64,000 nt of DNA from Octopus vulgaris (GCA_951406725.2 OX597821.1:88102001-88166000), one strand, 5' to 3'; counted from the first letter of the stretch, positions 12,358 through 26,880 are shown. Translations and numbers: made by a program. Notes: a model not told the origin generated them from the sequence alone.

Positions 12358-14913
12358 GAAGTCATCTTTCATGTATGAGTGATATTAGAATTCAGAAGCA
12401 ATTCTCAACGGGAAGGTCGTTTGAAGGTCCACTTTTGCTTTTCAAAGACAAACTAAAAGACAATCTGAAGTGATGTTGCATTCAGTTTTCTTCCTCGGGA
12501 AACAAAGCATCAGAACGCAGGACCTGGTGACCGCCCTGCTTCTCCTAAGTTTAAAGATTTGAGTAAAGTCGGCTCCAGTATCGTGATTAACTTCATGCAT
12601 GTGTGAAGGTACACTGGCAAAACACCGCTCCTCTAAATGAAAAACTTACCTGTCAGTGTGGCTTCGTGACACGAAGCAAAGCAGGCCTTACTGCCCACTC
12701 ATAAAAACACACACTAATCATCCACGTGAACTCGAGAAATCTGCGTGCTCAACTTGTTTCATTTGCCAAAAGGGATGCAAGGCATCGAGATACGTTCATG
12801 TCCATAGAACACGAATAATGCCTTATTTTACCGAAACCTCATTTGTCGTTCACGACGAGGGAATCCATCACACACACACACGCGCGCGCACGCACACACA
12901 CATAAACACACACACACGTTTGCGCGCGCGCGCACACACACACACACGCCCTTCTTCTTTCTCTCCCTTTATCACACCGGTTACGTAGTTGACCGGTCCT
13001 GAATTATCTATGTTCCACTCTCATGCTGTTTGTTGTTTCCAGATCCTTTAGGATTAAGCGTTACCTACAATTCACGCCTTTTTGGCCCTGAGACTATATT
13101 TTGCTCGTTTCTTATTTATTTCGCTTTTGTCCATCGTCTTCAATTACATTTATTCACTTTCGTATGTTCATTCTAGATTGTTTTGTTTGCTCTCGGCCCT
13201 ATAATCTCCGCACCTTTCGTGGACACCGCCAGCATCGTGAGTTCTCATACTTATCATTGAAGGTACGAAACTGAGTAATACCATCTGGTTCATAACTGAT
13301 GAAAAACGTCTCCCGTCCAGTTGTACACTCAGTATACGGTGTACGTTTTTTTTTAGCCTATCGTTGTTTATTTACAGTACATCTTTTCATTAATATATAT
13401 ATATATATATATAATACACAAACTGCATGCCAGAATATACTCTTGTGTGATTTTACGTATACGTTGAATGTACTTGGCCTATATTTGTGGATTTGTACGT
13501 AACTGGAAGGAAATATTCCGCATAAGATTTAGTAAGTACGTGAGTGGCTGTATATAAATGTTGATACAGGGTATACTGTTTTCGACTCTACGTTAGTGTC
13601 TTTATTATTAAAATACCTCGATTCTGTTAGATCCTGTAAATAATTATATATATGTGTATCATGACAATTATTTATTCATCATGAATTAAGTATTAAAGAT
13701 ATATGGAAAGTGGTTTTCACATATAAAAAGAATCCATATCCAGAAAAATCCAAATGCGTTATACTCTTAATGGAATAATTTGCAAGAAAAATAATCACCA
13801 AAGTATATCAATGTAACTTGATCCTCCAAAACATATATGGATAGAATTTGATTCATCAAGTTTTCTCTGTGCGTATCGCTGATACATACATAATAAAAGA
13901 TTTAAGACGATCAAATCAGCCTGACGATAAACTGATATAACAGTTCATTTTTTTGTGGAGGCAAACACACACACACACACACACACACACGATAACTCAT
14001 ATAAGCACAATGTGTATAGCATAAATACATATTTTGTTACGTCTTTGCAAGAGATTGTGCGAATGTATGTGGGTTGCTTGTGTGAGCTTGTCCATATGTG
14101 TGTCAAACGAGATACAACTCGTATTGAATGAAATATAAGCACAGGCATACTATGAATTTAGAAATATGTATATAAGACTTATGAACACAAACACGCAAGC
14201 ACGCACAAATATGTTATCGTTTTAATTATGAGCCTAATGTATAAATCCGTTTAAATACTTATTAATTTAATAATTGTATATTTATGGTTATTAGCGAATA
14301 ACACTAGTTTGGCTTCCTTTAACTTTCCAATCTCTGAACGTAAGATAAGCCCTCTCATTCAATCGTTAACAGCTCTGTAGTAACATAAGAAGCGTTCAGC
14401 AATTTCAATGACCTCTGCTCCTTCAATCTGGCTAGTCACATGCATGCTGTAATTAAAAATATGTAACGTATGCATACCTTTCATCGTCACTCCCATTTTA
14501 TCCCTAAAAAAATAAGTGCTATTATATTATCTACACTCATCTCTCAACCTCACTGAAGGAGTAAATTATTTCCCCGTGGAAATGAGATGGGGAAATCAAA
14601 ACCCAAAATAGACAACACAAAATCCTATGTAGCAAAACGAAATATTAACCACATGGTTGGAATTGTAATGTGGGGTGGTTTCATGGATAGCAAAGAAAAG
14701 ATTTCGAGTATATCCCAGTAGTTTCAATACAACTTATCAGAGCTGGTGGTGGAAATACTGTCCAATGTTATCGTAACTCTTACGAGGTCCAGTCAGAAAT
14801 TGATGGAGAGAGAAGTCCACAGCATAAGCTGTATGTATGTATTGTCATATGACTGGATGGAGGCAAAAATTCAAGACAGTCTCCCTCTCTCTCTCTCACT
14901 CTCTCGGATATAC

Positions 14914-15004
<91 letters not shown>

Positions 15005-15020
15005 ATATATATATATATAT

Positions 15021-15256
15021 ATACACGACGGGCTTCTTTCATATGCATATCTGTTTGTGTGTCTGTATTTGTACCCCCACCATCGCTTGACAACCGATGC
15101 TGGTGTGTTTACGTCACCGCAATCTAGCAGTTCGGCAAAAGAAACGTTAGAATAAAGTACTAGGCTTACAAAAAATAAGTTCTGAGGTCGATTTGTTCGA
15201 CTAAAGGCGATACTCCAGCATGGCCGCAGTCAAGATGACTGAAACAAGTAAAAGAA
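15021..15256 (+). mobile_element. SINE family A 3' half with a short inverted internal piece
   Basis: Tail matches family A; atacacgacgggcttctttca at 15021-15041 is the reverse complement of tgaaagaagcccgtcgtgtat. Confidence 0.85.
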
Positions 15257-15458
15257 TATATACACATATTTTTACATAAGTACTGAAGCAAACTGAGTCC
15301 TCAACTTGTTCCTTTTACCAAAAGGTTTCCAAGGCACCAGTAGGCCTCAAGAGACGTATATGTGTCCACAGGACATAATTAACCCTTTATTTTACTGAAC
15401 CCTCATCTGTCGTTCACGACAAGAGAGACTATCATGATATGAACATACCCATCTATCT

Positions 15459-16041
15459 ACACGCGCGCGCGCGCACACACGCGCGTACACACGCGCGCAC
15501 ACACGCGCGCACACGCACACACGCGCGCACACGCACACACGCGCGCACACGCACACACGCGCGCACACGCACACACACGCGCACACGCACACAGCGCGCA
15601 CACGCACACACGCGCGCACACGCACACACGCGCACACGCACACACGCGCGCACACGCACACACGCGCGCACACGCACACACGCGCGCACACGCACACACG
15701 CGCGCACACGCACACACGCGCGCACACGCACACACGCGCGCACACGCACACACGCGCGCACACGCACACACGCGCGCACACGCACACACGCGCGCCACAC
15801 GCACACACGCGCGCACACGCACACACGCGCGCACACGCACACACGCGCGCACACGCACACACGCGCGCACACGCACACACGCGCGCACACGCACAAACGC
15901 GCGCACACGCACACACGCGCGCACACGCACACACGCGCGCACACGCACACACGCGCGCACACGCACACACGCGCGCACACGCACATACGCGCGCACACGC
16001 ACACGCGCGCGCACACGCACACACGCGCGCACACGCACACG
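15459..16041. repeat. 18-bp minisatellite (ACACGCGCGCACACGCAC)n, alternating purine-pyrimidine
   Basis: About 30 tandem units; 6-aa periodicity in the ORF track. Confidence 0.95.
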
Positions 16042-16309
16042 CTCGAGCACAGGCATGCACATCATTCTAAAGAAATTTTGAAATGAAACACTTTGCATAT
16101 TATTAGGAAAGATAAAATAAATCTTTTGCATGGCCATTTTGGAAACTACATTTTGGATCCTTGATTTCGAAGAACAAATTCCGCGACTCACTTACTTGCA
16201 TCTCTTTCCCTACTTTTATCTCTCTCTGCTCTCTCCCTCTCCTTTCTCTCTCAGTATGCAAGCATATATGTATAGATAATATATATATATATATATATAT
16301 GTATGTGTA

Positions 16310-16354
<45 letters not shown>

Positions 16355-16804
16355 ATGTATAGATATATAGATATATATACATGCACTCGTGTGTATGTGT
16401 GCGTGTATGTGTGTGTGTGTGTGTTTGCGTGTGTGGTACAAATATTGATTTCACTCTTAGAAATACTTGCAAGCTCATAGAAGTAGACTCCATATCTATA
16501 AACGGGCACAAACGCTTACACACACACATGCACATCTCTAGCTGTACACGTGTGTGAGCGCATGAACGTGTGTCTGTATGTGTATGCATTTAAGCGCGTG
16601 TGTGTATGTGTATTTGTCTCTGTGTAGGTATGTATATGTGTTCTTCTGTGATCATAAACGATTGTTGAAAAACCACTGTGTTCATGTGTCTGTTCGCGTG
16701 TGCGAATACCTGTATCTGAACCTGTGTGTATATATACTTGTGTATTCTGGAGTGTATTCGAATGTGTGGCGGATTATATGTAGACAAGAGTATACGTATA
16801 TAAA

Positions 16805-16855
<51 letters not shown>

Positions 16856-17481
16856 ACACGGGTATACGTCAATGCACGTGAGAGAGATTTCTATGTAATT
16901 TCATAGAGGAAATAAACGCAATTAAATGGAGATATACTCGAAGAATGCGCGATATTCTATCGACATGGCATTTGCAGACTCCTTTATTTCTGCCTACCAA
17001 GTTCTAAGATGATATTCTCACCCAGCCACACATCAAACTATTTAATGGCATTCTTGCTTTGCTATCATCGCCGTAGAATTATTGGCACTTCTCAGTTTAT
17101 TCACATCGAGCTTAACCATAATTACATACATAACAGCAAAAATACAATATTCTTCGACACGCATACATATACAGCTTCCGCACATTCTTACACATATATT
17201 GAGGCGCGCATGTAGCTGCGCTTACATACGTACGTAGCAGAATGTACATTTTTATGTGTATATGTATATGTGTGTATAAAATGAGGTGGGAATTTCGAAG
17301 AACCTAATATATATATATATATATACACATGTAGATAATGCATTCTCATATACGTGGATGCATAGAAAGATACATTCACACATATACGCACTCACACATC
17401 AACACACATAAAAACACATAGATGTACGCATTCACACCATATTTTCATAATGAAAAACTTTGTATCTGTGTTTGGGCCTTT

Positions 17482-17496
17482 GTACTACTGCTGCTG

Positions 17497-17565
<69 letters not shown>

Positions 17566-17620
17566 TTACCACTACTATTACTACTACTGCTGCTGCTACT
17601 GGTGCTACTGCTGCTTCTGC
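17482..17620. repeat. (ACT)n/(GCT)n microsatellite
   Basis: Directly visible. Confidence 0.93.
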
Positions 17621-18208
17621 TACCTTTGACTTTGATACTACAACTGTTTTGTATATATATATATATATGTGTATGTATATCTATATATCTATATCTATAT
17701 ATATATATATATGCATATATATATGTATGTATATATTGTTGGGTGTGTATAGCTCTTTTGCTATATGTCCCTCTATCTCTGCCTCTCTCTCTATGTACGT
17801 ACATTTCTGTGCTTTTGAGTATGTGTGTACGTGTATGTGTGTACGTGTGTGTGTACGTCTGTGTGTATGTGTGTGTATTTATCTGAGGAGGAGTGTGTGC
17901 ATGCGCAGATATTTGCTTTCTGTGCTTTATTCTTTTACGGGTCCAAGCACATTTTCCTCCTCTAAGGAATAATTGGATAGATCGAAACCTGACCATGTCA
18001 AAGCTAAGCCATTTTAAGGTAACACAGGTGATACGGTTATTAAATATTTCAGACAAACCAATTTATCTCTTGGATCGAATTCTTTAATCCGCCAAGTTCA
18101 CCAAAGGTAGTGCTCCAGCGTGGCCCTGGTAATGTATTGCCAAGACGCTATCAAATACCAAATATCAATGATCAAACATTTGAATATAAAAGCAATGATA
18201 ATGATCAG

Positions 18209-18209
18209 A

Positions 18210-18276
<67 letters not shown>

Positions 18277-18281
18277 CGATG

Positions 18282-18328
<47 letters not shown>

Positions 18329-18362
18329 CATAATAATAATAATAATAATGATGATGATGATG

Positions 18363-18429
<67 letters not shown>

Positions 18430-18437
18430 TAATAATA
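18209..18437. repeat. (GAT)n/(AAT)n microsatellite
   Basis: Directly visible. Confidence 0.95.
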
Positions 18438-20425
18438 ACTACAACAGCACGATCAACTGCAATAACAATAACAACAACAGCACGTAGAACGTCAGTAATA
18501 ACAACAACAAAAATAATAACAAGAATAATAATTTCGTCGCAGCTGTATTTGATGTATAAATTAAGAATTATAAGCGAGAAGAACAGAAAAGAGAGTGTGT
18601 TTCCTACACCAAACAAGCTTAAAATGTGTAGAAATGCCACTATATTAATGTTGCTGGAATTTGTTCATTAAGAAAGAATCGGATATCGGCCAGCAAGGGA
18701 AATAGCGAGAGAGATAGTGACAGATAGAGAGAAAGAAATAAGGAGAAGAGGTAGAAAGAAGAAGAAGAAGAAGAAGAAGAGAGAGAGAGAGGGAGAGAGG
18801 GAAAGAGATAGAGAGAGGAAGGTAATATGAAGACAACCATGGAAAAGTATTAGCCAAGATCATGATAATGTTAAGTAATTCAGAGAATTTAACATCCAAA
18901 ATGATCATGTTATTGAAAACAGACGTCCTGACTTTTGAGGTCACGATGGGAGAGAATGGATAAAGGCATGGTAGTAGATCTAAGTCTAAGAACACAACAG
19001 AAAATGAAATAAAATGTGGAAAATACAATGAGGTTTAGAATGGAAGAGTAAAATATCTGGTCACTAAAAAGATTTAGAAATTAGTTATAATTCGAACATA
19101 AAAAAGAAAAATGTTTAGCAATATTTTCTAAGAGTTTAAAGAAGGTTGGCATTGGACATGAGCTTGGAGCTTTTCCAAGAGTCTGCTTTGCTTAGAACAG
19201 ACAGAGAGAGAGAGAAAAAAACACTCGACAGTTAACCTTAAGACCTTAGTTCGCAGGTTATGACCAGCGTTTTAAGGCAAACAAACTGTTTAAATACGAA
19301 AGCTGTGAAAAGATGAGAATAAAAGCAAGGTAATATATCATATAGAAACACGAATGAAACCAGAAATTATTTTCCCCACTAAATCAGGCCAACAGGGATA
19401 AAACAGAGTTTTGCTATATATATTGAAGCTATGTGCGCAAGTGTATGCGTGCAATAATATGGAAAAAGAAACCCCACAATAAATCACTTATATAAAAAAA
19501 AAAAAAACTGGCAACAAACTGAAAATCTAATCACCATATTTACATGAAAGGGTACATCTTTCCCGATATGTTTATATCTAGAACTACGTGAACTAAGTGA
19601 CTTTCAGTTTCAAAGGTGTTATCTGAGGGAGAGATTTGGCTGAGATGTATATATAGTAGGTCAAGCTTCCATAGAGAAGATGCCCAATCACTTGGTTTTA
19701 ATGAAAATGTTTCTGGAATTGAAGCCTCAGTAAAGGCGAATTTATATACGCAGATGTGTCGAAGACAGAAAATCAAAATCAAAACACTCTCACCATTTGG
19801 GAATACTTACAGAAGATAATTTGCTTAAGTATAACATCTCATTGACTCACTCCACTTTCTCACTATGTATGTATGTATGTATGTATGTATGTATGTATGT
19901 ATGTATGTATGTATGTATGTATGTGTGTATGTATGTGTAGAAAATGATAGAGACCAGATAGAACAATACCACCTCCTTACGCTCTTTTGTGAACCACTAA
20001 CAAACAATCTCATGACCCGAAGGGTACAAATCTCAACATACAATCCTTTTTACAACGTTTTAAGTACAGGGATAAACTGTAAACACCAACACCACCACAA
20101 ATTTCACCAATGAAACTGTTTTTCAAAACACCTCTCTATCACAGCTCACCTTACAACTTAATTACCTCTTCACTCACGACCACATATCCAAAGTAGACTT
20201 TTAACTCAATTGAGAGAGACTAGATTAATTCAAGATTAACTTCAATTAATCGCATTCCAGCAATTGCTTAACTGGTCGAAATTTCGAAGTACTGTCTCTA
20301 TAATATTCTTGCTTAAGAATAAACCATTTGTATTCTATAAAAGTATAGATATGCCATCAGATTAATGGGAAACTCATTTTATTATAACTAAACATAAAAA
20401 CACACCAGATATATATATATTTTTG

Positions 20426-20640
20426 AAGGCGGCGAGCTGGAAGAATCACTTGCATGCCGGGTGGAATGCTTAGCGGTATTTCATCTGTCCTCGTGTTCTG
20501 AGTTCAAATACCACCAAGATCCATATTGCTTTTCATTCTTTCGGGGTTGATAAAATAAGTACCAGTTGAGTACTGGGGTTGATGTAATTGACTTACTCTC
20601 TCATCCGAAATTACTTGTCTTGTACCAAAATTTGAAACCA
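20426..20640 (+). mobile_element. SINE family B
   Basis: aaggcggcgagctgg...gttctgagttcaaat...tttcggggttgataaaataagtaccag. Confidence 0.88.
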
Positions 20641-21299
20641 AGATATGCTTGTTTTAAGTGCGGTGTACATGGCTTAGGGGTTCCTTTGACTCTTGTATTT
20701 AGCAAAGCTGGTGCTTTACAGCACCCAAATTAAAATGTATATATTTTCATAAACTTGTCTGCACGGTTCATGCTTTCCATCGCCACCAATATTATTATGT
20801 ACATGTAATATATATATAATGCATAATATATATATATTTATTTCGTCCAGTCTTAATCACAAAAATGCTCATTTAGTGAACCAGGCTACAAACCACATGT
20901 GTAGGATTGTAATGTAGAGTCCCATGTAGTTGAAATCCACTAAATATAATCAGTGAGGATTATTACACGAGGAGCATATAGAATATAAAGAAAACCAGGA
21001 ATTATGAACTGAATATATTTATTTCACCAGCTGTTATCCATAGAATGACGGCCGTTTTGCAGCCAACATTATGCAAATATAAATTATTTTACATGTGTCC
21101 ACTGGTGTGTATGCTATAAGTAACATAGTGCTGTTGTACATTTTATAAACGAATGCAGGTATAGAAGTCTCGCTCGTCAGATCAACAGAATATGGTTGCA
21201 GCAATTTTTCAACTCCACTTCAAACATGCATACACAAGCGCACATGAACCAAGGCCCATTTTATTGGTTAGCACCGAAAGAAATAGCAATGAGCGGGAA

Positions 21300-22150
21300 G
21301 AGCACCTTCTAGGGGATAAAGGATGTAGTATATTGGGGCATAATTTTATTGGTTGATAAAATATGTTCTCATCTTGAAGAGAATTATCGCTCTTTGGAAT
21401 GCAGTCTCAGGATGCGCATTATCTAGGAGAGTTTGTTGTTGAGTGAAAATCTTAGAATTTGGATTGAACATAAGGGGTTTAATGGAGTAACAATTTAGTG
21501 ATGGGGTTGTATTGATATTATATTTTAGCTGCTAAAGATGCAAAATTTGCAAGGCAGCTCTGAATGACGCTTTCAAGATGTCTGTTATTGGAATCAGTGC
21601 TGGATTGTGATGTATTGGCTAGATTGCCCGTGGACGAAGGACGGTCGGAATGAAGCCTCCTATCATCTGTGTAAGACTGGGTGTTCTAAGATGTGGCGGA
21701 AAGTAGGAATCACATTGGTGAATAGAAAGTAAGAAGGGTGATAAACAAGATACAGAGGAACACTAGAGTTGGAACACCAACGTTAACATATGCCATTATG
21801 TTAACACCAGAGTTAACATATGCAATTACAGCGCTATCTGATAGAAATGAAAGATATACGGATGTCAGAGGTGAAATTTTTCATAGAGTACTATTGAGAG
21901 AGTACTATTTGGACCCAGAGGAACTGGGAATTGTTAATGCTGTAATCAAATTAAAAGACTTGAGAGACAGTGGTGTGGAGTCAATGCATGTAAAGACAAC
22001 CATTTTGGGAAAGCAATTTAAGTAGAGAACGTATCAATGACTACGGAGTTGGGTTCTAGGTATAAGTTTAGAAAGTTGCATCTCAGAGAGAGAGAGACAC
22101 GGTTGGCTTGTAAGGCTGGAGAGAAATCTTCGCATGTTTGAGAAATGGAA
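21300..22150 (-). pseudogene. Possible highly decayed Penelope-like ORF remnant
   Basis: Minus-strand fragments YHPS...ILEHPVL and GNLANT resemble the PLE RT thumb; many stops and frameshifts; weak. Confidence 0.3.
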
Positions 22151-22450
22151 CGAGGGGGGGGGCGTGATCAGATTGTTTGTATCTATTATCTGAGATAACA
22201 GAAATGTGCAAGGAGTAAATATTTAAAGATATTTCGTATAACAGCAAACTCCGCTAAAAGCACGTGAGCAACGCCGACAAACACACACACACACACACAC
22301 AAAAGCATAAACACTCAAAGCTCCAATAAACTATTGCCGTAAGAGAGTATACTCCTGTCACACGGATCATGGTTTCTGATTATATCGCACACTCAGCTTT
22401 GCTCTACTCAGTTGCTTGTAACTCATTGACATTAATATTTATTTGGTCAC

Positions 22451-22519
22451 CAATCTGAAGAGTCCGAACACAGCAGCAGACCGTAGACTGTCCCGAGGGA
22501 CGAAATCTTGATCGTATTT
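22451..22519 (+). ncRNA. Hammerhead-like motif with canonical core and weak stem I
   Basis: CTGAAGA-GTCC...GGAC-GAAA-TC(tt)GA-TC; stem I pairs poorly. Confidence 0.35.
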
Positions 22520-23931
22520 ACTCCATTTAACGGCAGAAATAAAGAAGCTTTCGGTATAAAATAGGTGGTAGATCTGTTTAAAGGGGAAAAATTTGTAGAG
22601 AGGTCGAAACAGGAACGCAGATAGGGAGGAAAAGAAATGAGCGTGAATGTAAAGAAGAGCGTACAAAGGGAGGGAATAATGAAATTGAGAAGACTGAGAA
22701 GGTGAAAATGTGAATAAAAGTGGATAGAGACATAGAGAGAGAGAGAGAGAGTATTTTAGTGATACAATAAATTGAGTACAAATGAAATGATAGAAGGGAA
22801 CTAAGTATCTTTAGAAGAAAAAGAATGAAAACAAAGGAAGACAATATAAATTACATAAAGGAGAGAGGAAGAGGGAGAGAGAGAGAGAGAGAGCGAGGAA
22901 GAAAGAGACGGGCAGAAAGGGAGCGAAAAAGTGAGAGGGAGAATGAGGGAGAGAGAAGGCAGGGAAGAAAGCGAGGATAGATAAGAAATGTGGTATTTGG
23001 GGAATACAAGAACAGGGCTAAAGAAAGCAAGAAAGAAGAGAGAGAGAGAGAGAGATCACATGGAAAGAAGGATAATTTAACGACAATGATAAATACGTAG
23101 ATATGTCAGGTAATATGTAAAATATAGCTAGGTGGTCTCTTTAAAATTATATAATACAGGATTTCATCAGCGATAGCTTTCATGCGGTGCCCGTGTTACA
23201 CACACACACTGATTCACATATATTCACATTTACATACATTTAAATGTACATACATATGTTCATACATACATACATACATTCATATAGATAGATGAATAGA
23301 CAGATAGATAAATATATTCACTCATATGTGTATAGGTATGTACATTTTATCGATATACCCACATACATGTATATGTATGTACGCCTGTTTGAATGAGTGG
23401 GATATTATGTGTAATAACAGAACAACGCACATATGCATACACACGAGAATTTCAATAATTATGTGTCAGAGGATATGTGAATTAATGTATGAACGTATGT
23501 ATATATGAGTGTGCATGCGTTTAAATGTATATATGTGGGTATTCTAAGGACGGTCCTACAGCCATTTCTCATTCGCTGAAAGTGCCAAAGACGGACGTGT
23601 TCTGTTTACGGTCAATGATATATCCTGTGTGTTTCAGACGTCGGCGACAACAATACCGACTACAACCTCATCAACAACCAGAATAACTGCAAGAACAAAA
23701 CCAAGAACAACTGTAGCCAATTTGACGAAGACTTCAACCTGTTGGCGTTTGTTAAAGACTTGTAGACGTCACATGCTGCAATTATTTGTACGAGAAGAGA
23801 AAACGGGTTAAATATATGGATACACACACACACACACATAGATAAATTGATAGATATAGATAGATAGATAGACTGACATATAGAAAGGTTGATAAACTCC
23901 AGATATACAAACGAATACACATGCATATATA

Positions 23932-23934
<3 letters not shown>

Positions 23935-24024
<90 letters not shown>

Positions 24025-24025
24025 G

Positions 24026-24056
<31 letters not shown>

Positions 24057-24264
24057 TGTATGTATATATATATGTATATATATATATGTATAGCTATATG
24101 CGTAGGCAGGAAAACAAACACACACACGAACGCACACACGCACCAAGATAGAGAAAGAGAAAGCGAGACAAATAATGAGGGAGTAAGAAAATATGCTTGT
24201 ACATATGTGTATATGTATTTGTGTATATATATAAGTGTGTGTGTGCCTGTGTGTCTGTATTATA

Positions 24265-24304
<40 letters not shown>

Positions 24305-24410
24305 TTATGTATATGCATACCTACACACACACACATATATTTATATGTATGTATGTATGTTTGTATGTATGTATGTATGTATGTATGTATGTATGTATGT
24401 ATGTATGTAT
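23935..24410. repeat. (TA)n/(TATG)n microsatellite cluster
   Basis: Directly visible. Confidence 0.9.
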
Positions 24411-26055
24411 ATGAAGAGTGATAGACGGAAGAAAAGCGAGTCTTTGAGAAAGTATAGTCAAATTCTACGTGTAAATGGATGTTATTGGAATCAAAGAATT
24501 TGGAGACGCTTTATGAATCTATCTTCCGTTTGGTCGGTTGTTATAATGGTTTATATGTAGCCAAAAAAAAAGAAGGAAAGAAAGATTTAAAGAAAGAAAG
24601 AAAGAAGGAAAGAAGGAAAGAAAGGAAGGAAGGAGGCAAAAGAAAAGAACAAAAATAAAATAAAATAAAGTAGAAAGAACCAAAGTGTTGAAGTTTTAGC
24701 GGCGTTCTTTTAGAATGAATATTACAAAGACAAGTTTGGAGAACTAAATTAAGTGCTTATCATTCTGCTGGGCTAGAATTGAATTTCCGGTTCTGGCGAA
24801 AGGGACAATCAAAGAAATTTCACAGAGTGAGGTGGAGAGGAAGGAAAAATGTGGCAGGACGGAAAGAAAGAAGGAGAAAAGTAAGACTGAGATAATTAGT
24901 GTGTATGTATGTATGTATGTATGTATGTATGTATGTATGTATGTATGTATGTATGTATGTATGTATGTATATATATATATATATATATATACACAGATAC
25001 ATACAGACATACGTATACATATGCATATATATGTATATATAAACATACATTCATATAGATATACGTATGTATAGACACACACACGCACATATATATACAT
25101 ATATAGATATATATATATAGAGAGAGAGAGAGACATATATATATATGCATATATATATATCTGTGTATATATATGTATATATATATATATATATATAGGT
25201 GTGTGTGTGTGTGTGTATATTTATATATATATATGTGTGTATGGGAGAGAGAGCGTAAGAGAGAGAGAGACAGAGAAAGAGAGAAATAAAGAGCAACGTT
25301 AATAGCTGATTTATTTAAATAGTTACGTGAAAGGAGAAGATAGGGTGGAGAGGTGACGATGATGGTTAATAATAATGATAAACAAGAAGAAGAAGAAGAA
25401 GAAGAAAAAGAAGAAGAAGCAGGGATAATATATAAGAAAACGGGAGAATATTGAAGAGTGTATATGCTGATGATGATAATGAAGGCAAAACGATATAACA
25501 GCGTAAATAACAACAACAACAAAATTTGATGGTAACTGTAGTAATAGTAACATTCGTAGGAGGTGGAGTGGCGGTGTGTGTGTGTGGGGGGGGTAAATAT
25601 TCCTTGATGTAATGAAGCTAGAAGGGGAGACGGTGATGCCGGTGATGGTGTATATTTCTTACTGTGTTGTTGTTGTTGTTGTTGTTGTTGTTGTACTGTG
25701 TATGCTTCGAATGGAAGTGGGGAAACTGGCGGAAGCTGAAACTTTTACCAAATTGGTAAAAGCGATTTGGAAGGAAAGAGAAAGGAAAAGATTTAGAATG
25801 AAATGAAATGGCTATTAAACATTGAGTCTTTACAGAATGTTTTCCGGAAATAGTCCTTCTATTGTATACCACTAACAGAACCGCGGGAGATAGGTGTGGC
25901 GCTGTTGGTTAAATGACCAACTGATCGCTTAAGAAATTTACTGTATTTAATCTTGAGCCACACGTTCGAGAGTTCAAATTTATGTCTATCTGACTTGGTA
26001 CGTAATTCTTTATACAACGAACGTATGTATTTTCGCTTATTATTAACTAACAGAG

Positions 26056-26880
26056 AGGCGTTGAGCTAGCGGAATCGTTAGCACGCCGGGGGAAATGCTT
26101 TGCGGTATTTCGTCTGCCGCTACGTTCTGAGTTCACATTCCGCCGAAGTCGACTTTGCCTTTCATCCTTTCGGGGTCGATTAAATATGTACCAGTTACGC
26201 ACTGGGGTCGATATAATCGACTTAATCCGTTTGTCTGTCCTTGTTTGTCCTCTCTGTGTTTAGCCCCTTGTGGGTAGTAAAGAAATAGGTATCGTTAGCA
26301 CGTCGGACAAAATACTGGTCAGCATTTCGTCCTTCTTTACGTTGAGTTCAAATTCCGCCGAGGTCGACTTTGCCTGTCATACTTTCAGGGACGATGGAAT
26401 AAGTACCAGTTTCACCCCTTCCCCAAAATTTCAGGCCTTGTGCGTATAGTAGAAAGGATTTTCTGAGGGTAAGGCGGCGGCCTAGCGGAATTGTTATCAC
26501 GCCAGATAAAAGACTTATCGGTATTTTGTCATTCTCTACGTTCTGACATCAAATTCCGCCGAGGTTGACTTTGCATTCAATAATTTTGAGGTCGATGAAG
26601 TAAGTACCACTTGAATACTGGGGTTGATATAATTGATTTACACTTCCTCCGAAACTGATAACCTTGTGCCAAAATTTCAAATCCTTATCATGTGAGAGTG
26701 AGGCAGTTAGGTGGTGGAAACGTTAAGTACTCCGCACAAAATACGTAGCGTCATTTCGTCCCTCTCTACGTTCTGAGATCAAATTCCGCCGAGGTTGAAA
26801 TTGAATTTAATCTATACGAGATCGATGAAATAAATAGCAGTGAAGCTCTGGGATCGATTTAATCAAATTGTACCTTCCCA
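26056..26880 (+). mobile_element. Head-to-tail cluster of four SINE family B copies
   Basis: Core ttccgccga(g/a)gt(c/t)ga recurs near 26140, 26355, 26555 and 26785; units start at about 26056, 26290, 26471 and 26701. Confidence 0.9.

Noticed and set aside
13921-13950. CTGACGA followed by the hairpin aactg/cagtt
   Set aside because: No GAAA or stem III follows, so not a hammerhead.
15392-16191. Long CARV/HART repeat ORFs
   Set aside because: Translations of the stop-free 18-bp minisatellite.
19620-19680. Motif gatttggctgctatttctagc-like, also near 38525, 41760, 50995 and 61780
   Set aside because: Probably the tail of an old dispersed repeat; too decayed to delimit or classify.
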